From assembly GCA_005881885.1 (NCBI GenBank), contig VBDX01000133.1:15461-79460 (forward strand): DNA of 64,000 nucleotides, in the 5' to 3' direction. Origin of the DNA: Chloroflexota bacterium (GTDB lineage: Bacteria; Chloroflexota; Limnocylindria; P2-11E). How positions within the stretch are numbered: the stretch's first letter is position 1; the number at the start of each line of letters is the position of its first letter. The translations under genes were made by a program, and so were the position numbers. A model generated the notes under the pieces. That model had not been told where the DNA came from. It made no database searches and saw only the letters and a program-made list of their open reading frames with translations. Positions 46,812 to 54,580 of this stretch are shown here, piece by piece.

Positions 46812-47848
46812 CCGCTCACCTCTCCGTTTCGCGCGCCGCCGTCCGCGAATGCGATCGCGGCGAGCGAGGTGCGCAGGTCACCAGGACTCGCGCCGCCACC
46901 CGCTCGCGTCACGCGGGGTACGGCCGCGAAGAGCCGGGCGGGTGCGAGCCGGCTGACATCGGCGGGTCCTGATACGTGCGCCGGAAGCAGCGTGCCGATG
47001 ACCACGAGGAGCGCGGCGAGGGCGCACCCCGCGGCGATCGCGACGGCGCCGATCATCGCGGCGGATCGAGTACCGCCTCGCGGCGAGGTCTCGACCTGTG
47101 GCTGGTCGACGACCTGGAACTCCATGCCGCTCACTGACAGGATGGCGGGCGCGAGGGCCGCTTGGTTGATGCGGCCGCGCAGGTCGCCGAGGCGGATCTG
47201 CGCGTAGTCGAGAGTCAGCCGGAGTTGATCCTTCAGATGCTGCTCGATATCGCTGAGCGCTCCGGGATGGCTCGCGTCGAACTCGTCGAGCGCGCGCTGG
47301 GCATCGAGCGCCTGGGCCTGGGCGACCTGGAGCTGCTTCTGGTAAAGCGTGTTCGTGATCGTCGTGAAGGTGGTACTCGCCTGCGCCACCCGATCCGCTC
47401 GAACAGCGAGGATGGCGTTGACCATCTCCGGTCCGAGCGGCGGATCGTGGGCCGCGAACGAGACGGTCAGCAGATTGTTCCCGTGTGTCTGGACGCGGAA
47501 GCTCTTCTGGACACCGGCCAGGAATTTCGTCTCGTCCGGCGCGGCTGCGAGCGCCGCGCGCAGGGAGGTCTGCCGGACCACGTCGCGAAGGAACTCCTTC
47601 GTCTGTAACAGCTGATTCAGCAGGTCAGCCTGCTGGGAAGCGGCCGTCTGAATGACCGTCGCATTCGGGTCGTCAGGGCTCGTCGTCGCCAATTCCGGCG
47701 AGGCCCGGAGCACCCAGATCGTGGCCTCGGACTCGAAGGTCGTCGCGTACTCCGTGTAGGCGGCGACGATCCCGGCTCCCCAGATGATCGCCAGGACCGC
47801 CCCGAGCAGCCAGCGATAGCGATGAGCAGTGGTGAGGTACGGCCGCAT
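46808..47848 (-). CDS. Polysaccharide co-polymerase (Wzz/CpsC-like chain-length determinant)
   Basis: N-terminal and C-terminal TM helices flanking a ~250-aa coiled-coil-rich periplasmic domain. Confidence 0.7.
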   Translation of the reverse strand: MRPYLTTAHRYRWLLGAVLAIIWGAGIVAAYTEYATTFESEATIWVLRASPELATTSPDDPNATVIQTAASQQADLLNQLLQTKEFLRDVVRQTSLRAALAAAPDETKFLAGVQKSFRVQTHGNNLLTVSFAAHDPPLGPEMVNAILAVRADRVAQASTTFTTITNTLYQKQLQVAQAQALDAQRALDEFDASHPGALSDIEQHLKDQLRLTLDYAQIRLGDLRGRINQAALAPAILSVSGMEFQVVDQPQVETSPRGGTRSAAMIGAVAIAAGCALAALLVVIGTLLPAHVSGPADVSRLAPARLFAAVPRVTRAGGGASPGDLRTSLAAIAFADGGARNGEVSG

Positions 47849-48002
47849 GACGGCGACGACCGTATCGGCGCCTCATTGAAGGAGTGTTAGTTGGGCCATT
47901 ATTTCCCGTCGGTCGCCTGGTCGGTCGGGGGGAGGCTCGGCCAGGACGGCCTCAGCAAGCGCTACACCCACCCTCAATGCCGCCGCCGCTCCATAGGCGA
48001 GC

Positions 48003-49028
48003 ATGCGAGCCGCCGACAACCCGACCGTTAGCGTCATCGTACCGACCTACAACCGTCGCACGCGGTTGGGCCGGCTCCTCGCGGCACTCGACAGGCAGCA
48101 TCGGTCCGGGGTCCGTTTCGAGGTCGTCATCACGGTAGACGGCGCAACGGACGGCACGGCCGAGATGCTCGCGCGCCTGCGGCCTTCCTTCCCGCTCGAG
48201 GTCATCAAGCGGGCGCAGGGCGGTCCGGCGGCGGCGCGGAACGCCGCGATCGCCGCGGCCACAGGCGAGGTGCTGCTGTTCCTCGACGATGACGTCGTCC
48301 CGCAGGACGGTCTCTTCGAGCGGCACCTGGCGGTCCATCGGCGCGACCCGCGCGCCGCCGCGGTCGGACGGATGAGCGCGCCGCCCGGAGCGGTGCTTCC
48401 GCCGTGGCTCGACTGGGAGGCCGCGCTGCTCGACCGGCATTACGACAGGATCCTGTCGGGTGTCATCCCCGTCGACTGGCGGATCTTCTTCACGGCGAAC
48501 GCATCGGTGCGCCGCGAGCACGCCGTCGCGGTCGGGTGCTTCGACGCGCGCTTCGTACGCGAGGAGGACCTCGAGTTCGCGCACCGGCTCGCGGATCGTG
48601 GCGTCGGGTTCCAGTTCATCTCCGACGCGGTCGTGCACCACGACCCGGACCGCACCCTCGCGGGCTGGCGGCATATGGCCTTCGAGCGCGGACGCCACGA
48701 CTACATGCTCGAGACCCAGCTCGGCCGGGCCGAGCGATCGATGCGCGACGAGTGGGAGCAGCGGCACGCCGTGAATCGTGCGCTGGCGCGCTACTGCGTG
48801 GGCCATCGGCGCCGCACGCAGGTCGTCGCCCGCGCGCTCGAGCACGCGATCACGTCGGCATTCCAGCGTTCGCGTCGCCTGCGCCTTCTGCTCTGCAGCG
48901 CGCTCTTCAACGTCATGTACTGGGAGGGGGTCGCGCAAGCCGCGGGACTCGGCGCCGAGATCTGGAACGCTTTTCTCGAACGGCCGAGCTACGGCGCCGT
49001 CACGAACTCGAGCAACGCGAAACCATAA
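48003..49028 (+). CDS. Glycosyltransferase family 2
   Basis: 'VSVIVPTYNR ... VVITVDGATDGT ... LFLDDDVVP' GT-A/DxD. Confidence 0.8.
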   Translation: MRAADNPTVSVIVPTYNRRTRLGRLLAALDRQHRSGVRFEVVITVDGATDGTAEMLARLRPSFPLEVIKRAQGGPAAARNAAIAAATGEVLLFLDDDVVPQDGLFERHLAVHRRDPRAAAVGRMSAPPGAVLPPWLDWEAALLDRHYDRILSGVIPVDWRIFFTANASVRREHAVAVGCFDARFVREEDLEFAHRLADRGVGFQFISDAVVHHDPDRTLAGWRHMAFERGRHDYMLETQLGRAERSMRDEWEQRHAVNRALARYCVGHRRRTQVVARALEHAITSAFQRSRRLRLLLCSALFNVMYWEGVAQAAGLGAEIWNAFLERPSYGAVTNSSNAKP

Positions 49029-50476
49029 CCGGCGAGGGTCAGGGTCGCGGCGTTCCCACCGGCGAGGCTCACAAGACTGGGCCCGTTCTCAAGAGGCGTG
49101 GTCGCATCGACCCGCCTCAGCGTCACCCCGATCACCGGCGGGAGACCCGAGATCGTCACTCGCACGGTGGCCGGAGATCCCCGTCCGCCCACCGCGCTGT
49201 CGCTATCTGCGCGATGGTTGACGACGAGCACGCGGACGTTCGCCGACCCCGGAGCTAGCGCGGCGAGGGTTTCAACCTCATCGAGGCTCGACGTGGCCGA
49301 GACGAGAACGCTTCCGGGCGGGAAATAGCGCGCGAGGTAGTAGTCACGCCAATACGGAAGGAGCGGCGCACCCGCGGCATCCAACAACGAGAACTGCCGA
49401 AGCGTCGGATGTACGAACTGGAACTGATAGACCGTATCGACGCCCGCTCGCGCGAAACGCGCGAATGCGCTGGCACCCCACGCGGCGCCGTACGCGGTCC
49501 ACGGGCGCGCCGCGGGGTCGTCGCCATCCCAGGCGGCGTTCACGTTGACCTCGGTGATCCAGATCGGCGTATCGCCGGCGAGCGCACGCACCCTCGCGAG
49601 GCCGCGGTCGATTCCGGCGAGCCCGCAGCAGGCCCCGTCGCCACTGAACAGGAACCGATCGGTCTGTGCGTTCTGCCAACCGCCGTAGGCGTGGAAGCTA
49701 ACGACGTCGGGCCGATGCCGAGCGCCCGATAGCACCGCGGGGAGATAGTCCGGGACCCGCGAGGTGACCGGGCCACCCGTGGTCGGGCCGACGAGCTTGA
49801 TGGACGGGTCCACCGCGAGCATTGCGTCGGCCGAGGCGTTCCACATGCCCACGTACTGCTCGGGGGAGAGGCCCGGGCCGGGCGGGCACGCGGAGTGGTG
49901 CTGGTCCGGTTCGTTCCAGAGCTCCCAGTACGTGGCGCGGTTCCCGGTCGCGGCGGGATTCAGGATCTGCCGCCCGTCCTCGGCCACGAACGAACCGGTG
50001 TTGTAGTACGCGACCAGCCGCGCGGCGTACGCTGCGAATTCGCCGAACGTGGGATCACGCAGCGTCCGGGTACCGCAGTCCCACATCCATTGCGGTGGGT
50101 ACGCGATCGTCATGAGGATCCGAGCTCCGGCGGCGCGTGCGTCGCCGACTATCAAGTCGAGGTTGGCGAAGTCCCAGTCGCCTTGCGTGAGTCCCGCCGG
50201 CATCACGAGGGGCAGCCCGGGATAACCATCCGTCGTCACATTGATGCGGATGATCGTGGGCGCGAGCGCGGCGAAGCGCGCGCGGGCCTCCCGGCTCCGA
50301 TCGAGACCGCCGGGCCACACGAACTGGGTGCCAAGATGCGTCCGCACCGGCCCCAGCTCGTTGTCCGCGCGCACCGCGACCGCGACGTCGGCCGACGAAG
50401 CCGGAAGGGACGTGGCGAAGGGTGCGGCCACGGCGATCGTGATCAAGCCGATCGCGACTACGAAAACGCGGCGCAT
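48989..50476 (-). CDS. Secreted clan GH-A glycoside hydrolase (GH39/GH5-like; PslG-type candidate)
   Basis: Signal peptide, 'YWELWNEPD' (acid/base NEP) and 'IWITEVN' (nucleophile TE) on a (beta/alpha)8 scaffold, C-terminal beta-sandwich. Confidence 0.65.
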   Translation of the reverse strand: MRRVFVVAIGLITIAVAAPFATSLPASSADVAVAVRADNELGPVRTHLGTQFVWPGGLDRSREARARFAALAPTIIRINVTTDGYPGLPLVMPAGLTQGDWDFANLDLIVGDARAAGARILMTIAYPPQWMWDCGTRTLRDPTFGEFAAYAARLVAYYNTGSFVAEDGRQILNPAATGNRATYWELWNEPDQHHSACPPGPGLSPEQYVGMWNASADAMLAVDPSIKLVGPTTGGPVTSRVPDYLPAVLSGARHRPDVVSFHAYGGWQNAQTDRFLFSGDGACCGLAGIDRGLARVRALAGDTPIWITEVNVNAAWDGDDPAARPWTAYGAAWGASAFARFARAGVDTVYQFQFVHPTLRQFSLLDAAGAPLLPYWRDYYLARYFPPGSVLVSATSSLDEVETLAALAPGSANVRVLVVNHRADSDSAVGGRGSPATVRVTISGLPPVIGVTLRRVDATTPLENGPSLVSLAGGNAATLTLAGYGFALLEFVTAP

Positions 50477-50503
50477 CAGCCGGACTTAGAGGACTGTGCG
50501 CGG

Positions 50504-50532
50504 ATTGAGCGCCGATTGACGGTGCATTGAAG
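50504..50532 (+). promoter_or_regulatory. Triple direct-repeat element ATTGAGC-gccg-ATTGACG-gtgc-ATTGAAG upstream of the sugar-transferase operon
   Basis: Exact 11-bp periodicity; the same heptamer family as at 26552, 53360, 54456 and 61354. Confidence 0.55.
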
Positions 50533-50621
50533 AGCGCCCGCCAGGGCCCGGCCCGACCGTGGGGAGCGTCGGGAAAACGTCATGGTCAGGCCGTACCGAT
50601 CCTCAATGGTGCGGGGCTTCC

Positions 50622-51395
50622 ATGCTCCTCGTGGCAGCGGACCCGATCGCTCTCCAGTCCACGATGCCAGCCCGTGCGGACGGCGCACGGCTTTCCGATT
50701 GGTCGGTTGCGGGAGCGCAGGCCGACGCACCTGCGCTCTCCGCCGTTGCTCAGGCACTCGGGGCGGCGGCCCGTCGCGAGACCTTCTACGCATTCTCCAA
50801 GCGAGCGCTCGACCTGATGATCGCCGCCGTGCTCCTTCTGGGACTCGTGCCGCTTTTCGCGCTGGTCGCTATCGCGATCCGCTTCGACGGACCCGGGCCC
50901 ATCTTCTACCGTGGCGAGCGGCTCGGTCGCTACGGCAGCCGCTTCAGTGTCGTCAAGTTCCGATCGATGCGCGCCGACGCGGATCCGAACTCGCATTGCG
51001 CATTCCTCCGGAGCCTGATGCAGCAGGGCACAACGTGCACCGTTTACAAGGTCCCCGACGATCCCCGGATCACGCGGGTCGGCGCCATCCTTCGCAAGAC
51101 GAGCCTCGACGAGCTGCCGCAGCTCTGGAATGTGCTCCGCGGCGAGATGAGCCTCGTCGGTCCCCGCCCGGACGTCCCTTACGCCGTCGCGGAGTACAGC
51201 GACTGGATCCACCGCCGGCTTCTCGTGAAGCCGGGGATCACGGGCTTGTGGCAGGTCAGCGGTCGCAGCCGCCTGAGTCCCCTCGAGATGTACCGCCTCG
51301 ATGTGGCGTACGTCGCCGCGGCGTCACTGGCGTTCGACCTGCGGATCCTCCTGCGCACCATCCCGGTCGTCCTCACCCGGGACGGAGCGGCCTAG
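50622..51395 (+). CDS. Polyprenyl-phosphate sugar phosphotransferase (bacterial sugar transferase, WbaP/CpsE C-domain type; initiating enzyme)
   Basis: '[18 protein letters not shown] ... [10 protein letters not shown] ... [21 protein letters not shown]'. Start uncertain (ATG 50622 or 50664). Confidence 0.8.
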   Translation: MLLVAADPIALQSTMPARADGARLSDWSVAGAQADAPALSAVAQALGAAARRETFYAFSKRALDLMIAAVLLLGLVPLFALVAIAIRFDGPGPIFYRGERLGRYGSRFSVVKFRSMRADADPNSHCAFLRSLMQQGTTCTVYKVPDDPRITRVGAILRKTSLDELPQLWNVLRGEMSLVGPRPDVPYAVAEYSDWIHRRLLVKPGITGLWQVSGRSRLSPLEMYRLDVAYVAAASLAFDLRILLRTIPVVLTRDGAA

Positions 51396-51398
51396 GCG

Positions 51399-52199
51399 GT
51401 GAGCGTGGCGATCGCAGCGCCCGCCGCCGGACAGCGCGCCCGAAAGATCCGCAGGGTCCGCAACTCGGACATCCTGCTTGGCGTCGTCGCCAGGGCGGTC
51501 CGCAGATCGCTCAGCGATCCAGAGCTTCGCCGCCGACTGCTGAAGGAGATCTGGATCGCGCTCAAGCGCTCCGCCGCCCAGAACGTCAAAGCCGTCGAGC
51601 TCTCACGCCTCCGCGGCATCGAGGCCGTCAGGGTGGACGGACCGATCACTCGTCTTTGCCCACTGGTCCTGAGCGCGCTCGCAACGATCCTCGAGTGCGA
51701 GACGATCTTCGAGTTCGGGACATTCCGCGGCGAGACCGCGTGGCTCCTCGCGCACAATCTTCCGAAGGCGCGCATCTTCACCCTCGACCTGCCCGGACAG
51801 GATGCGCACGACCACGCCGCGCTCGAGCTCACCGACGGGCCCGAATACTTCACCACCTGGGACCGCGGCGGCCGCTTCCGGGGAACGCCGGAGGCCGAGC
51901 GGATCACGCAGGTCCTCGGCGATTCGGCGACATTCGACTTCGCCCCGTACAGCGGCAAGGTCGACCTCGTGTACATCGACGCGAGCCACAGCTACAGCTA
52001 CGTCAAGGCCGATACCGAATCGGCGTTCGGGATGCTCTCTGAGCTCGGAACGATCGTCTGGGACGATTACACGTACTACCCGGGCATCTACGCGTATGTG
52101 AACGAGCTCGCGCCCACCCTCGACCGCCCTGTCTACCACATCCTCGGTACGCGCCTCGCGCTCTACAGCCGTTGGGACATCGTGGTCCCCGACATGTGA
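51399..52199 (+). CDS. Class I SAM-dependent O-methyltransferase (TylF/Methyltransf_24-like)
   Basis: 'ETIFEFGTFRGETAWLLAHNL ... DLVYIDASHSYSYVKAD'. GTG start. Confidence 0.7.
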   Translation: MSVAIAAPAAGQRARKIRRVRNSDILLGVVARAVRRSLSDPELRRRLLKEIWIALKRSAAQNVKAVELSRLRGIEAVRVDGPITRLCPLVLSALATILECETIFEFGTFRGETAWLLAHNLPKARIFTLDLPGQDAHDHAALELTDGPEYFTTWDRGGRFRGTPEAERITQVLGDSATFDFAPYSGKVDLVYIDASHSYSYVKADTESAFGMLSELGTIVWDDYTYYPGIYAYVNELAPTLDRPVYHILGTRLALYSRWDIVVPDM

Positions 52200-53386
52200 C
52201 GGAAGCCGAGCCGCGCATTCTCGTTGTCCTCGGCACCCGGCCCGAAGCGATCAAGCTCGCTCCGGTCATCAACGCTCTGCGCGCGACGCCCGATGCGCTG
52301 AGCGTCGGGGTGTGTGTTACCGGTCAGCATCGCGAGATGTTGACGCCGATCCTCGAGCTCTTCGGGATCGTGCCGGACTACCAGCTCGGCCTCATGACGC
52401 CGAACCAAAAGCTAGCGCGGCTCACGTCGGCGATCCTCGACGAGATCACGCCGGTCCTCGATGCCTTCCGTCCCGATTGGGTCATCGTCCAGGGTGATAC
52501 GACGACAGCTCTTGCCGCATGCCTCGCCTCGTTCTACCAAGGCGTTCGCGTGGCTCACGTGGAGGCCGGCCTGCGCACGAACGACAAGCGCCGACCTTTC
52601 CCCGAGGAGGCGAATCGCCGCATCGTCGATACGCTCTCCGACCTGCACTTCGCTCCCACCGAACGCGCCCGGCGGAGCCTCCTCGCGGAAGGGACCAACC
52701 CAGCGACCGTGCACGTGACCGGCAACACGGTCATCGACGCGCTCTGCCAGACCAGCGCGCGCGAGTACGACGTCGGGTCCGGTCCTCTCGCCGGGGTCCC
52801 CTTCGATCGGCGCATCGTCCTGGTCACCGCTCATCGACGGGAGAGCTTCGGCCAGGGCATGATCGCGATCTGCCGCGCCCTCGCGCGGCTCGTCGACGAG
52901 GTGCCGGACGTTCAGGTCGTGTATCCCGTGCATCTCAATCCGAACGTGCGTGACCCGGTGCGAGAGCGACTGGGCGGCGATCCACGGATCAGTCTTCTCC
53001 CGCCACTCGACTATCAGGCGCTCGTTCATTTGATGCGCCGGGCCACGCTGATCCTGACCGACTCAGGGGGCATCCAGGAAGAGGCGCCGACCCTAGGAAA
53101 GCCGGTGCTCGTCCTCCGCGAGGTGACCGAAAGGCCGGAAGCGATCGAAGCCGGTTGCGCCCGACTCGTCGGCACCGACGCGAGCCGCATCGTGAGCGAG
53201 GCGCGACGGCTTCTCCAAGACCGTGGCGCCTACGACCGGATGGCGCGAGTCGTGAATCCATTCGGCGACGGCCGCGCGAGCGAACGCATCGTCGCTGTGC
53301 TGCGGTCGGCCGATGTCGCCGCTCGCTCGGCGGCACGGGAGACTACCTCGCGGCAAGGGATTGAGGCCGCCTTGACGCCGAATTGA
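52196..53386 (+). CDS. wecB: UDP-N-acetylglucosamine 2-epimerase (non-hydrolysing)
   Basis: 'RILVVLGTRPEAIKLAPV ... VHVEAGLRT ... PEEANRR ... VTGNTVIDAL'. GTG at 52196 overlaps the methyltransferase TGA (GTGA); ATG 52172 is an alternative. Confidence 0.85.
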   Translation: MTEAEPRILVVLGTRPEAIKLAPVINALRATPDALSVGVCVTGQHREMLTPILELFGIVPDYQLGLMTPNQKLARLTSAILDEITPVLDAFRPDWVIVQGDTTTALAACLASFYQGVRVAHVEAGLRTNDKRRPFPEEANRRIVDTLSDLHFAPTERARRSLLAEGTNPATVHVTGNTVIDALCQTSAREYDVGSGPLAGVPFDRRIVLVTAHRRESFGQGMIAICRALARLVDEVPDVQVVYPVHLNPNVRDPVRERLGGDPRISLLPPLDYQALVHLMRRATLILTDSGGIQEEAPTLGKPVLVLREVTERPEAIEAGCARLVGTDASRIVSEARRLLQDRGAYDRMARVVNPFGDGRASERIVAVLRSADVAARSAARETTSRQGIEAALTPN

Positions 53387-53388
53387 AG
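53360..53388 (+). promoter_or_regulatory. Triple direct-repeat element ATTGAGG-ccgc-CTTGACG-ccga-ATTGAAG upstream of secreted-protein paralog A (overlaps the last codons of wecB)
   Basis: Exact 11-bp periodicity. Confidence 0.55.
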
Positions 53389-53529
53389 ACTCGCAGCGCC
53401 GCCAGCGCGGTCGGAAGACCCCGGCCGCAAGAAGTAACGCCGTGCCTCAGCGCTCCTCAACGCCCCGGCTTTGTCATCAGACGCGACGGCCAGGGTGCCG
53501 GTATTTGCCGTTGGAACGAGGAGATCTGA

Positions 53530-54441
53530 ATGAAGACTTCGCTGCTGCGCCGCCTTAGTCCGTTCGCAATCGTCGCGGTCGTCCTGCTCCAGCTAACCGT
53601 TGGTGCGCGACCCGCCGCCGCGGCGCCAGGTGCCGTGATCGCCGACGTCGTCGTGCCCTTCGGAGACGATGGAACGCTCTGGCCCGTGGGCATCTCATCC
53701 AGCGTCGCCTTTGACGGAAAGTATCTCTACTACGCCGAGTACAGCGGTCCGATCCTGCATCGCATCGACGTGCCCCCGGCGGGCGGGCCGACCCCGGCGA
53801 CGAACAAGATAGACATGCCGATCGTCGGGATGCACGCCGGAGCGATGTCGCTCGCCTACGACCGCGGCCGCGACATGTTCTGGGCGATCGGTGGCGACGG
53901 ACTCTCGGTCTATCTCCTCAGCAAGACCGGCATCGCAACGCTCATGTTCACGATCAACGCGGCGACCGACCGCCCCGGCTATCAGCCCACGACCTACGCG
54001 ACAGAGACCAAGCTCGCATACGACCGGTCCGACGACACGATCTGGTACGCGCCGGACGCCAATTCGCGCATCTTCCACTACCGGGCGTTTGGGGACACTC
54101 TCGGCTTCGCCCAGCTCGTCGCCGGGTCGCCATTCTTGGACGTCAGCGTGCCGCCGAACGACATGACACCGCAGTGCGGATACAGCATCGTGAGCGGGGT
54201 CGCGGTCGGTGGTCGCGACCTCTTCCTGGACATCGCGGGCTGTCCCTACTACTTCGAATATTCCAAGACCGGGACGAAGATCGGTTGGTTCCCTCTCGCG
54301 GGCACCGCCGCTGGCGACGTGGAATGCGACAACGTGAGCTACGGCGTGTCCGTGCTGTGGGTGAAGGACGCGTGGGCCGGTCACTTCCGGGCGTACGAGC
54401 AGCCCTCGGCGGGCGCGTGTGCCTTCGGCGGCGGGCTCTGA
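53530..54441 (+). CDS. Secreted protein of unknown function, beta-propeller-like (paralog A)
   Basis: Signal peptide, strong GGAGA RBS. Recurrent blade-like units 'VAFDGKYLYY', 'LAYDRGRDMFWA', 'KLAYDRSDDTIWY', 'DANSRIFHY'. 60-70% identical in blocks to the gene at 61470. Confidence 0.6.
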   Translation: MKTSLLRRLSPFAIVAVVLLQLTVGARPAAAAPGAVIADVVVPFGDDGTLWPVGISSSVAFDGKYLYYAEYSGPILHRIDVPPAGGPTPATNKIDMPIVGMHAGAMSLAYDRGRDMFWAIGGDGLSVYLLSKTGIATLMFTINAATDRPGYQPTTYATETKLAYDRSDDTIWYAPDANSRIFHYRAFGDTLGFAQLVAGSPFLDVSVPPNDMTPQCGYSIVSGVAVGGRDLFLDIAGCPYYFEYSKTGTKIGWFPLAGTAAGDVECDNVSYGVSVLWVKDAWAGHFRAYEQPSAGACAFGGGL

Positions 54442-54455
54442 CCCGCCCTTCGCGC

Positions 54456-54484
54456 ATTGAGCGCTCGTTGACGCTGGGTTGACC
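54456..54484 (+). promoter_or_regulatory. Triple direct-repeat element ATTGAGC-gctc-GTTGACG-ctgg-GTTGACC upstream of the 979-aa secreted protein
   Basis: Exact 11-bp periodicity. It overlaps the TTG used as the ORF start in the track, which argues for a later true start. Confidence 0.55.
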
Positions 54485-54580
54485 GGAATGGGCAAAGAGC
54501 GGCGCTATCGCGAGGCGCGTTCCGAAAGGTCATGCCGTCGCCGCAGCGCTCCTCAATCCGCGACGTGTTTGATCCCACCC

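Noticed and set aside
47952-48938. 328-aa minus-strand ORF opposite the GT2 gene
   Set aside because: The plus-strand frame has clear GT2 motifs (VIVPTYNR, DDD); the minus frame is low-complexity.
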